Assembly: GCA_002269645.1 (NCBI GenBank) | Contig: NIVC01001310.1 | Location: forward strand, 62,001-126,000 | Length of the DNA: 64,000 bases | Direction of reading: 5' to 3' | Source: Macrostomum lignano | Taxonomy: Eukaryota | In this document: positions 36,643-49,819 of the stretch, one piece after another | Numbering within the stretch: position 1 is the stretch's first letter | Layout: each line of letters opens with the position of its first letter | Program-made: the position numbers and the translations under genes | The notes under the pieces: model-generated | What the model was told of the DNA's origin: nothing | Databases searched by the model: none | The model's input: only the letters and a program-made list of their open reading frames with translations

Positions 36643-36995
36643 CTGATTGAGAGTGACTTGTTTAGAGTGACTGATTGAGAGTGACTTGTTTAGAGTGACT
36701 TGCTTAGAGTGACTTGCTTAGAGTGACTTGTTTAGAGTGACTGATTGAGAGTGACTTGCTTAGAGTGACTGATTGAGAGTGACTTGTTTAGAGTGACTTG
36801 TTTAGAGTGACTTGCTTTGAGTGACTTGTTTAGAGTGACTTGCTTTGAGTGACTTGTTTAGAGTGACTGATTGAGAGTGACTTGCTTAGAGTGACTGATT
36901 GAGAGTGACTTGTTTAGAGTGACTGATTGAGAGTGACTTGTTTAGAGTGACTGATTGAGAGTGACTTGTTTAGAGTGACTGATTGAGAGTGACCT
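36625..36995. repeat. 14-bp minisatellite (GAGTGACTGATTGA/GAGTGACTTGTTTA) overlapping the PRPF31 stop
   Basis: Direct inspection. Confidence 0.92.
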
Positions 36996-37574
36996 GTTTA
37001 GAATGGTTGATAAGTAACTGGACTGGTAACTGGTAACTGGTTAAGATGGACTTATTTAAAGTAACTGTGTGTGACCCATTCAAAGTGACTAGATGAGAGC
37101 GACTGATTGATGAGTGCTGAGTGAGTGCTAGAAGTAATAAGAGTGACTGAGTCAAGCACGAGATTCAAAAGTACTGTGAACTAACCCCGCAGATTAGTTT
37201 TATAGTTCACGGGTATTCAATCTTTAATAAAGTTATATTTGTCCTTTACTAAACTAACTACAGTTAGTAATCTCTGTGTTTCTGACAAACAAACTAAACT
37301 AGTTATAATTCGCGTACAAATTGCATTGCATATTTGTTGCCCAGTGTTGTACAAATATACTCCACTTCTAGCCAGTCACGCCAACCTGCAATTCATTGGT
37401 GTGCGAAATCAGAAACTTTTATTGCTTTTATCTGACTTTGTTCTAACTGATTTTGTATATTTGGGACTCGAACAATTGGGACTCGAACAACAATTTTGAA
37501 CAGCAAAAAGAAAAAAACTTTCAAATACTGCTCATTGAAAAGCAGAGGCGGTGCGCCTCAGTTCTAATTGTTTT

Positions 37575-38020
37575 TGAGTGGGAGATGTTGGGTAGAGTAG
37601 GGAGATGTTGGGTAGAGTAGGGAGATGTTGGGTAGAGTAGGGATATGTTGGGTAGAGTAGGGATATGTTGGGTAGAGTGGGGAGATGTTGGGTAGAGTGT
37701 GGAAATGTTGGGTAGAGTAGGGATATGTTGGGTGGAATAGGGAGATATTGGGTAGAGTGGGGAGATGTTGGGTAGAGTAGGGAGATGTTGGGTAGAGTAG
37801 GGAGATATTGGGTAGAGTAGGGAGATATTGGGTAGAGTAGGGAGATGTTGGGTATAGTAGGGAGATGTTGGGTAGAGTAGGGAGATGTTGGGTAGAGTGT
37901 GGAAATGTTGGGTAAAGTAGGGAGATGTTGGGTAGAAAGGGGGGATATTGGATAGAGTGGGGAGATGTTGGGTAGAGTAGGAAGATGTTTGGGAAGAGTG
38001 GAGAGAGAAGTTGGGTAGAG
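37575..38020. repeat. 20-bp G-rich minisatellite (GGGAGATGTTGGGTAGAGTA)n
   Basis: Lies between the convergent PRPF31 and ankyrin genes. Confidence 0.93.
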
Positions 38021-38142
38021 TAGAATTGTGACGGTGGAACTGGGAAGTGGAGTTGGTAGGATGTTGAGCGAGGTGGGTAGGGTGGAGAGAGGGGCACAGC
38101 CGCACGAGAAAACAAAAATGAATATTGGTGTTAATACAATAA

Positions 38143-41100
38143 TCAGTCGGCTTTAATCTTGTTGGCCGTCCACAGCAGCGCCTTGAGTGCGTCCCACAGG
38201 CTGGCGCCGTTGAGAATGAGCTGCTTTGCCAAGCTGATGTAGCCCGCTAGAGTGGCCAGGTGGACCTGCCGGGGCAGTGTGATTGATTGGCTTGCATCAA
38301 TCGGCTTCTCTTTCTCCTCTGCTTTTGAAATTGTCACAATTTCTAACACCTTGGTGTAGATGCAGCTGCATGTAATTCTGCGACTTCTCTGTGACTCTCG
38401 CATGCGAAGCTTGTCGATCTCACTCTCTGACACCCCATTCTCTCTAAGCATCTCTAATCTCATCATCATCATCATCTCATCATCTCACATCATCTCATAC
38501 CCTCCTACACCCTCTCACACCTCATCATGTCACACCATGATACACCCCCTCTCATCATCTCACACTCTCTCACACCCTCTCATCATCTCACACCCTCTCA
38601 CATCCTTTCTCATCATCTCACACTTTCTCAAACTTCCCATCATCTCACACACTCATCATCCCACACCCTCTCTAATCATCCCACACCCTCTCTAATCATC
38701 CCACACCCTCTCTAATCATCCCACACCCTCTCTAATCACCCCGCACCCTCTCTAATCATCCCACACCCTCTCTTATCATCCCACACCCTCTCTAATCATC
38801 CCACACCCTCTCTAATCATCCCACACCCTCTCTAATCATCCCACACCCTCTCTAATCATCCCACACCCTCTCTAATCATCCCACACCCTCTCTAATCATC
38901 CCACACCCTCTCTAATCATCCCACACCCTCTCTAATCATCCCACACCCTCTCTAATCATCCCACACCCTCTCTAATCATCCCACACCCTCTCTAATCATC
39001 CCACACCCTCTCTAATCATCCCACACCCTCTCTAATCATCCCACACCCTCTCTAATCATCCCACACCCTCTCTAATCATCCCACACCCTCTCTAATCATC
39101 CCACACCCTCTCTAATCATCCCACACCCTCTCTAATCATCCCACACCCTCTCTAATCATCCCACACCCTCTCTAATCATCCCACACCCTCTCTAATCATC
39201 CCACACCCTCTCTAATCATCCCACACCCTCTCTAATCATCCCACACCCTCTCTAATCATCCCACACCCTCTCTAATCATCCCACACCCTCTCTAAGAAGC
39301 TCAACTTTTGCCAACTCTTGTGGCCGGCCCAAGAGACAATTAAAACAAAGCTCCGCGCAGACTAAGCTGAGGCCATCGACAATGTCATAAGTTTTTTAAA
39401 TCTTTAAAATGAAAATCTGAAGAAAAATGCAGATGAGCTGAGCACTCACGGGAGTCCGGCCTCGGTGGTCCCGATTGTCAAGTCTAGCGCCGCGTTTCAA
39501 CAGCAGCTGGAGGCAATCGTCGAAGCCGCGAACAGCGCACAGGTGGACCGGGGTTCGACCCTTGGAGTCGCGCGAGTCCACGGGTAGTTCGAGACTGTCG
39601 ACCAGGTAGGTGAGGGTTTCCAGGTCACCGGCTAAGCAGGCCAGGTGCACAGCCGTGTAGCCGTGGGGCCTGAGCACTGCTCTGGCGTTGGCGCCCTTGA
39701 GTCGGAGCGCTCTGCAGACTGGAAGGTGGCCGTGACGGGCAGCCAAAAGAAACGGAGTCCAGCCGTGACGGTTCAGCCTGCGTGAGGCGACGGGAGGGTT
39801 ACACTCGAATCTTCACAAACCCGAATCTTCACAAACCCGAATCTTCACAAAAAATCTTCACAATCCCGAATCTTTACAAACCCGAATCTTCACAAACCCG
39901 AATCTTCACAAACCCGAATCTTCACAAACACGATCAATCTTCACAAACCCGAATCTTCACAAACTGGAATCTTCACAAACCCGAATCTTTACAAACCCGA
40001 ATCTTTATAAACACGAATATTCACAAACTGGAATCTTCACAAACTGGGATCTTCACAAACCCGGATATTCACAAACCCGAATCTTCAAACACTATTAATC
40101 TTTACAAACCCGAATCTTCGCAAACCCGGGTCTTCACAAACCCGAATCTTCACAAAAAAATCTTCACAATCCCGAATCTTCACAAACACGAATCTTCACA
40201 AACCCGAATCTCCACAAACCCGAATCTTCACAAACCCGAATCTTCACAAACCCGAATCTTTACAAACACGAATATTCACAAACTGGAATCTTCACAAACT
40301 GGAATCTTCACAAACCCGGATATTCACAAACCCGAATCTTCACAAACACGATCAATCTTTACAAACCCGAATCTTCGCAAACCCGGGTCTTCACAAACCC
40401 GAATTTTCACAGACCCGAATCTTTACAAAACCGAATCTCCACAAACCCGAATCCTCAATAATTCGAATCTTCACAAATCCGAGTCTTCACAGACAGATAT
40501 AGATTCGAATCGTCACAAATCTGAAACTTCAGAAACCCGAAACCTTACAGACCTGAGAATATACATGATATAAATAGAAATGACAGTGGCAGTTAAAGAT
40601 GAATTCCTGAATTTACCTACTAACAATAGAAAACTAAAAAAATGAAAAACTTCTTAAAAGTCGCACAGTGAAATCTCCAGCCCAACCTGAATTATCCTAC
40701 TAACAGTAGAAATGCAAGCAAATCTCACTTATCGGGATCGGCTCCCTTCCGCATCAGCAGGGTCACCACGCTGGTGTGGCCGGCTTCCGCAGCGTAGTGC
40801 ATCGGAGTGGAGTGCCACGCCGTTCTCTCGTTAACCGACGCCCCCGAGAAGGTCAAGTACTCCACTAGCTCGTGACTGCCCAGCTGGGAGGCCACCATCA
40901 GGGGCGTCACACCCTTGGCGGTGCCCTGCGAAATGTCAGTGGACTTGGACATGAACAGCCGGGCGGCTCTGGTGTTGACCCTGTAGCAGGCGAGGTGCAG
41001 CGGCGTCACCCTGTCGTTGAAGGTGGTAGCGTTGACCGAAGCGCCGAAGCGGACCAGGTGCTGGCACACCTGCAGGTGGTCGCCCCGGACAGCTTTGTGC

Positions 41101-42378
41101 AAAGGCGTCCACCCGATGGCGTCGCAGTGGTTCACGGGGCTGTCGTGCCGGATGAGGAGCTGCGCGATGCCCAGGTGGCCGTAGCGGCTGGCGGCGTGCA
41201 GCGGCGACCAGCCGTCGACGTCGCCGTATTTGAATTTCATGCCGGAGTCAACCAGCAGCTGCACCGCCTGGATGGAGGAAGGAGTCAGAGTGTGCGGCCT
41301 GACTGCGGCTGACAGGGAGAGGCTGAGGGGGAGAGGCTGAGAAGGAGAGGCTGAGAAGGAGAGGCTGAGGGGGAGAGGCTGAGAAGGAGAGGCTGAGAAG
41401 GAGAGGCTGAGGGAGAGGCTGAGAGGGAGAGGCTGAGAAGGAGAGGCTGAGAGGGAGAGGCTGCAGGGAGAGGCTGAGAAGGAGAGGCTGAGGGAGAGGC
41501 TGAGAGGGAGAGGCTGAGAAGGAGAGGCTGAGAAGGAGAGGCTGAGAAGGAGAGGCTGAGGGAGAGGCTGAGAAGGAGAGGCTGAGGGGGAGAGGCTGAG
41601 GGAGAGGCTGAGGAGAGGCTGAGGGGGAGAGGCTGAGGGAGAGGCTGAGGGAGAGGCTGAGGGAGAGGCTGAGAGGGAGATGCTGAGGGAGAGGCTGAGA
41701 GGGAGAGGCTGAGATGGAGAGGCTGAGAGGGAGAGGCTGAGGGAGAGGCTGAGAGGGAGAGGCTGAGAAGGAGAGGCTGAGAGGGAGAGGCTGCAGGGAG
41801 AGGCTGAGAAGGAGAGGCTGAGAGGGAGAGGCTGAGGGAGAGGCTGAGAGGGAGAGGCTGAGAAGGAGAGGCTGAGAAGGAGAGGCTGAGAAGGAGAGGC
41901 TGAGAAGGAGAGGCTGAGAAGGAGAGGCTGAGAGGGAGAGGCTGAGAAGGAGAGGCTGAGGTAGAGGTAGAAGCTGATGAGGAGAGGCCGAGGAGAAACA
42001 GAGAGGCAGAAGATAAAGAGCTGATGCACAGCGGACAAGCAGCACCACTCTCCCCAGGCTCACCTCCAGATGTCCGTAGCGAGCTGCGTACCACACAGGC
42101 GCCCGTTTCCTCTCGTCCTGACCCTCCATCCAGCAGGCGGCATGGAGGAAAATCTCGAGAATGTCTCGCCTGCCCTGCCGGGCCGCCGCGTGCACCGGCG
42201 ACCACAGGTAGCGGCAGTCCGGCTCCGTCCGCTCCAGCTTGTAGGTGGCCGCCCGGCGGATGAGGTCCAGATTGTCGGCCAGGTAGCGGGTGTACTCCAG
42301 CCCGCCGCCTGGCGCGTCAATCTCCGACATCAGCTTGCTGGCCACGTCGCAGATTTTGAAGCCGTAAGTTGAGGACAT
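38143..42378 (-). CDS. Ankyrin-repeat protein; exons 42378-42064, 41267-40729, 39777-39450, 38265-38143 (434 aa)
   Basis: About 11 ankyrin repeats (WSPVHAAARQG, GWSPLHAASRYGH, GWTPLHKAVRGDH, VTPLHLACY, GYTAVHLACLAG, GRTP|VHLATLAG). GT-AG introns; exon sum of 1305 nt is in frame. Confidence 0.9.
38660..39295. repeat. Homogeneous 20-bp minisatellite (ATCATCCCACACCCTCTCTA)n, ankyrin gene intron 3
   Basis: About 31 near-identical units. Confidence 0.97.
39805..40480. repeat. 16-bp minisatellite (AAACCCGAATCTTCAC)n, ankyrin gene intron 2
   Basis: Direct inspection. Confidence 0.93.
41310..41960. repeat. 12-14-bp (GAGAGGCTGAG..)n repeat, ankyrin gene intron 1
   Basis: Direct inspection. Confidence 0.93.
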
Positions 42379-42484
42379 CGACTCGCTGGGATGGGGTTGA
42401 GTTGCGACTCAACTGATGGGTGGAGGTGGGCGTTTCTTGGTGAAGAGAAGTAAGTTGATTATGTTTGGGGCGATTTTTTGAGTT

Positions 42485-42840
42485 AAGAGGCGATTTTTGT
42501 GGGTTTAGAGGAGATTTTTGGGGTTTAGAGGCGATTTTTGTGTGTTTAGAGGCGATTTTTGTGGGTTTAGAGATTTTTGTGGGTTTAGAGATTTTTGGGG
42601 TTTAGAGGCGATTTTCGTGGGTTTATAGGAGATTTTTGTGGGTTTAGAGAAGATTTTAGAAGATTTTTGTGGGTTTATAGGATATTTGTGGGTTTAGAGG
42701 AGATTTTTGTTGGGTTTAGAGGCGATTTTTGTTGGGTTTAGAGGCGATTTTTGTGGGTTTAGAGGAGATTTTTGTGGTTTAGAGGCGATTTTTGTGGGTT
42801 TAGAGGAGATTTTTGGGGTTTAGAGGCGATTTTTGTGGGT
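42485..42840. repeat. ~22-bp degenerate repeat (TTTGTGGGTTTAGAGGCGATTT) upstream of ankyrin gene
   Basis: Direct inspection. Confidence 0.85.
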
Positions 42841-42999
42841 TTCTGAGCGATTATCTTGAGAGCAGTTGTTGTGGATTCAATGGAGATTTTCAAGGCTTCA
42901 AAACTTACCAAAATGCACTGCTCAATTTCGAGCAATATAATGCTAATATACAATGCTAATCTACAGACAGCTGGCCTCTCAGTGAGCTCAGTCTTTTAG

Positions 43000-43170
43000 A
43001 GTCGGTCTGTCTGTCCCGGCTTCTCAGAGGATTCATGCGGAGGGCTAGAAGATCCGCGTACAGAGCCATCCGTGTAGACTGAGAGCTCAGGACGTGCAGT
43101 ACTCAGGGCAGCTAGTTCCTCTGTACACTGGTGCAGCAAGCCCCAGCCCGTGGCCAACAACCGCACGCGA
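43000..43170 (-). mobile_element. Fragment of retroelement RNase H
   Basis: Minus-strand translation EELAALSTARPELSVYTDGSVRG contains the VYTDGS RNase H motif, with no flanking domains. Confidence 0.45.
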
Positions 43171-43566
43171 AACTCTTCCTCGAAAACCCCACAGCCCTTC
43201 TCCCAGCTCAGCCAACTGTACTCAAGTATTTGCATGCTGCCAAGGTCGATAAATTCACTTGGAAAGGCGGGAATGCAGTAGTTTTAGTTTATTTAGTTAT
43301 AGCCATTAATCTGCTGCATATATTTTGCACATTAACAATAAGCTCATTGCACATTATAAATATCCAATAATAAACAAAATAGAATAAATTAATATTACCA
43401 AAGAATATTATAAATTTCGCATTAAAAATGTCAATGAATTTCCAGCTGCATTTGATGTGAAGGGAAGTTTATATAATTAACACAGACTCCATATGACTTG
43501 GTCCAATTTGAGTTAAAATAATATTCATAAAACGCCATAAAACGCGCTATCTACTACTGGTTGTGA

Positions 43567-46500
43567 TCAATACTTGAACGCCCCCGCTTTGGCCGCCAGC
43601 CGCATGAACTGCTTCAAAGTAAATTCGTCCAGCTGACTGAAAGACTCGGCAGAGACCACCGCGCTCAGGTTGTAGACTGCGAAGTTGAAGCAGAACTGCT
43701 CCAGAGTCTGCAACAGGCAGGCAGCGCCGAAAAGCATTGGGGATTGCTGCAAACTTAGCAGAGAATCAGAGAGATGGGTCAGCATGGGGATTACACAGGT
43801 GGGTCAGCAGGGGAATACACAGGTGGGTCAGCATGGGGATCACACAGATGGGTCAGCATGGGGATTGCACAGGTGGGTCAGCATGGGGATTACACAGGTG
43901 GGTCAGCATGGGGATCACACAGATGGGTCAGCATGGGGATGACACAGATGGGTCAGCATGGGGATGACACAGGTGGGTCAGCATGGGGATGACACAGGTG
44001 GGTCAGCATGGGGATGACACAGGTGGGTCAGCATGGGGATCACACAGATGGGTCAGCATGGGGATCACACAGATGGGTCAGCATGGGGATCAGTATCACA
44101 CAAATGGGTCAGCATGGGGATCAGAGATGGGTCAGCATTGATCACACACAGATGAGTCATCACAGGAACTCACAGGAGCGGAGAACCGGATCGCGGCAGC
44201 GTACAACTCCAGGGCATTGTCAACGTTGACCCGCTGCTCAATCAGCTCCTCGCACAGCGACTTCAGCCGGGTCTCGCAATAGCAGTTTGCCAGATCAAGA
44301 AGTCCAACTGACGAAGCGTCGTGATCGTCCTCAGGCGACAGACAGACGGTGTCGCTGTACAGGTACTCAAGGAAAGCCCGGTAGACGCTATAGGAGTAGT
44401 CGCGAACTTCGATAACCTCCTGTCGGTGCTCGGACCAGCTGTCGCTAAGCATGCTTCGGAAATGTCTACACCGAATCCTGAGCAACGATCTGTGAGCTCG
44501 AATGTCGCGACCGTCGACTCGAAAAGTGACGTCGCTAGTTGAAGGATCGTCGAATGCCTGGCGAATGCTGTCGGCCACGGTGGCCGGGGCTGATGACTCA
44601 TCAGCTGTGTCCGAGGCAGGCTCTGTTTGGGGGGGACAGGAAACAAAGTCATATAGTGGAACTGCATTGCGGTTGCTATGGAAACTTGATTTTACTGTAG
44701 GGCAGGTAGCGGTTGCTATGGAAACTTGATTTTATTGTAGGGCAGGTAGCGGTTGCTATGGAAACTCGATTTTACTGTAGGGCTGCTAGCGGTTGCTATG
44801 GAGTCGATTTTACTGTAGGGCTTCTAGAGGTTGCTATGGAAACTCGTCACCACCTGAAGGGTACATACTAACCGCAACCAACTCTGCTTAACTCACTGCA
44901 ACCGCCAGACAGCAGCAGCCTCCGACAGGTCACGGCTGGACTTGACAGACAGGCGAAAGCGTCGTTCAACTCAGCGAATCGAGTCTGCACGGGAACGGAC
45001 AAGGACTGGCCCCGGCTGTGGCCCCAGGCGAACACCACGGGCGTGTTGGGCGACCCGCAGCCAGAACCATTTGGCGAAGCGACAAGAGCAGTGGACAGAT
45101 TGCTATAGTGCGCCGCCCCGATGTCCAGCACTCGATAGGCAGCGACATCGTCGCCCCGACCTTGAACCTGGGCAATTATGGAAATACCGAAATGCGTTAT
45201 ATGCTACTACGAGTAAAATAAGGGAATGACAAGGCTCCCAGGGGAGTTCCTGAGATGTCGTGGCACAAAGAGGGAAAACTCTATTTCTTCATTTAGTACT
45301 TTCCCCCATGGGGGGCTGAGATGGCTAGTCCACTACACTATATTATACGGAAAATTAACTCCTAAATCAGTAGCCCAATGAAAACGGTACCGAGGCCAAG
45401 AAGCGTCCCGGAGTCACTTGCGTCGCCCCAAAGTCGTTTATTTCAGACGCGTTGCAGATCGCGTCTTTTAATCGGGCAATGAACACTCAGTTTTAGCCTA
45501 TTTAACTCTAATTGCACTCTAAATAGCCTACTGAGTTGTAGGAAGTTAACCGGGCCAGCACAACGATTCTTGGACGACTTTTTGCGACTAATTTACGATT
45601 CTACAACTCACGTGACGCGATTGTGATGCAACAGTCGCCTCTGCATCGCATTTGACGCGTTTGAGTTGTTAAAAAGTCACAAGAGTCGCCTCAGATGCAC
45701 AAGAGTCACTAGAGAGTTGTTTGCAAATGACTCTACCATGTCTCTAGGCTTACCCCAACGCCAGAAGGAATATTGACTGCCGTTGGTGCCGACGAGTTCG
45801 ACTTGCCCCCAGTGCCCAGCTGGCCGTGCGAGTTCGCGCCCCAGGCGAACAGGCGGCCGCTGGTGGACACGGCCAGCACGTGACCGGCGCCACAGGCCAG
45901 ACGGGCCACGCCTCCGCCAGCGCCGCTGACGCCTCCGACGCCTCCCCTGGGCCAGTTGTCGAGTCGGATCGGCAACGGCTGATTTGCGCAACCGCCTGTG
46001 CCCAACTGGCCGCTGCCGTTGAAGCCCCAGGCGTGCACCTTGGTGGATCGAAAGTGATAAGGTAGTATATGTTGATTTGGGCGCCACATTAAAGAATCCA
46101 GAGATAAGAGACTATGGCGGCACACCAAAGAATCCAGATATAAGAGACTACGGCAGCACATCAAAGAAACCCGAGATAAGAGACTACGGCGGCACATCTA
46201 AGAAACCAGAGGTAAGAGATAAGGAGCGGCACATCAAAGAAACCAGAGATAAGACATAAGGAGCGGCACATCAAAGAAACCAGAGATAAGACATAAGGAG
46301 CGGCACATCAAAGAAACCAGATATAAGAGACTACGGTGGCACATCAAAGAAACCATATAGGTAAGAGATAATGGGAGGCACACCAAAGAAACCAGAGATA
46401 AGAGGCTGCGGCTGAACATCAAAGAAACCAAAGATATGGCGGCACATCAAAGAAACCAGATATAAGAGACTACGGCGGCACATCAAAGAAACCAGAGATA

Positions 46501-48114
46501 AGAGACTGCGGCGGCACATCAAAGAAACCCAGAGAAACCCAAAGAAACATTGCTCACCTCTCCGACTTCGTCCACGGCAAAAGAGGAAGTCTGACAGCAG
46601 GCCACGATTCGCACCGGCCTGCCGCTGGCCAGCGAGCCGCCAGCCCGCCTAGGCGTGGCCTGAGTAGCCGCGGCCGCGCCGCAGCCCACCTGGCCGTAGT
46701 TATTCTGGCCCCAGGCGAACACTTCGCCCTGTACGCAGCAACTGTTGCCGTTGCCACCGCTGGAGCACGAGGCCACCAAAGCCAGTGAGTGATTGCCACC
46801 GCAGGCAATCGACAGCACCCGAACACCGTCATCTAGGCCGGCGCAAGGCGCGGGCGTCAGCAACTGGACGGTGCCACCGTTGCCAAGCTGTCCATAGCCA
46901 TTGTGACCCCAGCAGTAGAGTCTGCCATCTGCGGTCAGCGCCAGGCAGTGAGGCCCGGAGCCACAGGCTAAGTCGACTAACACGATGCCGCGAAGGGCTT
47001 CGATCTGAATGTAGAGGTAGAGGTTTGCGGAAGGTTACCCGACTGTTAACTGCATGGATAAGTCAGAACCAATCAGAACCCATGCTGATTTTCTCTGACC
47101 AATCAGAACCTATGCTGATTTTCTCTGACCAATCAGAACCCATGCTGATTTTCTCTGACCAATCAGAACCCATGCTGATTTTCTCTGACCAATCAGAACC
47201 CATGCTGATTTTCTCTGACCAATCAGAACCCATGCTGATTTTCTCTGACCAATTAGAACCCATGCTGATTTTCTGACCAATCAGAACCCATGCTGACTTT
47301 TCCGGACCAATCAGAACCCATGCTGATTTTCTGACCAATCAGAATCCATGCTGATTTTCTGACCAATCAGAACCCATGCTGAATTTTCCGGACCAATCAG
47401 AACCCATGCTGATTTTCTGACCAATCAGAACCCATGCTGATTTTCTCTGACCAATCAGAACCCATGCTGATTTTCTGACCAATCAGAACCCATGCTGATT
47501 TTCTGACCAATCAGAACCCATGCTGATTTTCTCTGACCAATCAGAACCCATGCTGATTTTCTCTGACCAATCAGAACCCATGCTGATTTTCTCTGACCAA
47601 TCAGAACCCATGCTGATTTTCTCTGACCAATCAGAACCTATGCTGATTTTCTGACCAATCAGAACCCATGCTGACTTTTCCGGACCAATCAGAACCCATG
47701 CTGATTTTCTGACCAATCAGAACCCATGCTGATTTTCTCTGACCAATCAGAACCCATGCTGAGATCCGCGTTGACTAATAAAAACGCATGCTGTCTTTTC
47801 CCAACCAATCAAATCTTCATAACAAGTCCTGACTAATAGCAGCTGCACCCAATGAGAACAGTACATACCTCAGTCGGATTCAGACAACTCTGAGCATCTC
47901 CCAATCCAAGGCATCCGCTAGAATTGGTGCCAACGCTTAGCACTCGACAATCTGAGCCCTGCTCTCTGTTAGCAACTAAGATTGCTTCGCTGCCGTTGTT
48001 TCCAAACACAACTGCCCAGGAAATCTGATCCCACAGCTCCGGTTCAATCAGGCTGAACACGCCCCACCTGTCAAGCTGGTGCCTGCGACTTGTGGCAACA
48101 ATGTGGCTGGCCAT
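43567..48114 (-). CDS. RCBTB1: RCC1 and BTB domain-containing protein (RCBTB1/2 family); exons 48114-47869, 47004-46558, 46038-45754, 45167-44897, 44622-44174, 43707-43567 (612 aa)
   Basis: VFGNNGSEAI, GTNSSGCLGLGD, RCC1 repeats (WGHNGYGQLG, WGQNNYGQVG, WGFNGSGQLG, WGANSHGQLG), BTB (FDDPSTSDVTFRVDGRDIRAH...FLEYLYSD) and C-terminus LEQFCFNF...KAGAFKY. Exon sum of 1839 nt is in frame. Confidence 0.93.
43775..44130. repeat. 25-bp minisatellite (GGGTCAGCATGGGGATCACACAGAT)n, RCBTB intron 5
   Basis: Direct inspection. Confidence 0.93.
44670..44845. repeat. 40-bp repeat carrying RFX X-box consensus GTTGCTATGGAAAC, RCBTB intron 4
   Basis: Four perfect copies (44672, 44712, 44752, 44830) and one degenerate copy (44792). 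Confidence 0.85.
46090..46545. repeat. ~36-bp minisatellite, RCBTB intron 2
   Basis: (AGAGATAAGAGACTACGGCGGCACATCAAAGAAACC)n. Confidence 0.9.
47060..47760. repeat. 28-30-bp CCAAT-box-containing minisatellite, RCBTB intron 1
   Basis: (CTGACCAATCAGAACCCATGCTGATTTTCT)n, about 24 units. Confidence 0.95.
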
Positions 48115-48359
48115 GAATTATTAATTAGTTTATTAACTAAATTCAACTTTGTGGATTGCTATTAGCGAACATTGAAGCCTGAGTACCCGGGTTTGATTCT
48201 GTGCACGATTCACACCTATGTGAGCCAAATGCCTTGGCACAGTGTACATGCCTGGCGATTGGAGTCAGGACCGCTGTACACCCTGTCTGAGCGCGATAAC
48301 TATACAGCATGACTGCTTGCCTACTCATTCTACCTATCTATTATGCTACATTAAGATCT

Positions 48360-48397
48360 ATCCATCCGCCAATATCTATCTACCTATCTATCTATCC

Positions 48398-48464
<67 letters not shown>

Positions 48465-48469
48465 CATCC

Positions 48470-48506
<37 letters not shown>

Positions 48507-48632
48507 CCTACATATCTATCTATCTATCCATCTATCTATCTATCTACCTATCTATCTATCTATCTACCTATCTATCTATCTATCTACCTATCTATCTATC
48601 TATCTACCTACATATCTATCTATCTATCTATA

Positions 48633-48666
<34 letters not shown>

Positions 48667-48862
48667 CCTACCTACCTATCTATCTATCTACCTATCTATC
48701 TATCTATCTATCTACCTATCTATCTATCTATCTATCTACCTTATCTATCTATCTATCTACCTTATCTATCTATCTACCTATCTATCTATCTATCTACCTA
48801 TCTATCTATCTATCTACCTATCTATCTATCTATCTACCTACATATCTATCTATCTATCTATA

Positions 48863-48904
<42 letters not shown>

Positions 48905-49005
48905 CCTACCTACCTATCTATCTATCTACCTATCTATCTATCTATCTACCTTATCTATCTATCTATCTACCTTATCTATCTATCTATCTATCTATCCATC
49001 TATCT
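48360..49005. repeat. (TATC)n microsatellite
   Basis: Direct inspection. Confidence 0.97.
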
Positions 49006-49819
49006 TTGACTCTTTTAATTAGCTTTTTTGCATTTTTGTTGTTATTAAATAAATAATTAAACCCTAAAGAAAGCCTAGTCTAGGCCGTAATATCGGTTCC
49101 AATAAACCTAGTCAAACTGTGTGCGTGAATTTTTCCTTTGTTTTTATATCTATATCTATCTATCTACCTATGTATCTACCTATGTATCTACCTATCTATC
49201 TTCTATGTATCTATCTATATATGCATCTATCTACTTATTCACCTATTTACCTAGCAACAATTTGATATTTAAAGACCAAAATTTGATCTGCTTCCAGTAC
49301 CAGTATTTGCTGAGATCCAAAGGCTGTCAAACCAGCAAAATCAAAACTCGACCTATCTCTGCTACGAGTATTTATTAGGACGATGTTCTTTTAGACGGAT
49401 TCCCTCAAGTATCAATGGCAAATCCCTTCAGGCAATACTTTGGGCAATTCCGAAAATATGAATTCTAGCTAGATAAATATGTGAATAGATAGATAGATAT
49501 GTACTATGTAAAACTAAGATATGTCCTGAGCGCTGTAACTGTACACATCGGAGTTGCCTTAAATGTTGGCCCTCATGGTCAATAAATGACAAATTAACCA
49601 TTTAGAATACATAACGAAAATTGACTACATTAACTTTTATTGTGTTTTTTATCTTTTATGTCAGTGTTTTTGTACTAGGTTGCTAATTAAAAGAAAACGA
49701 ATAGTTTAGCAAATGATTTAGACGCAAAAGACAGTTAAACACTTTAGTTAGGTGATAAAAAGAAGAAAATAGACAGTGGGGGTCGAAGGAAAGATAGAGA
49801 GGAGAGACATGTGCGAGAT

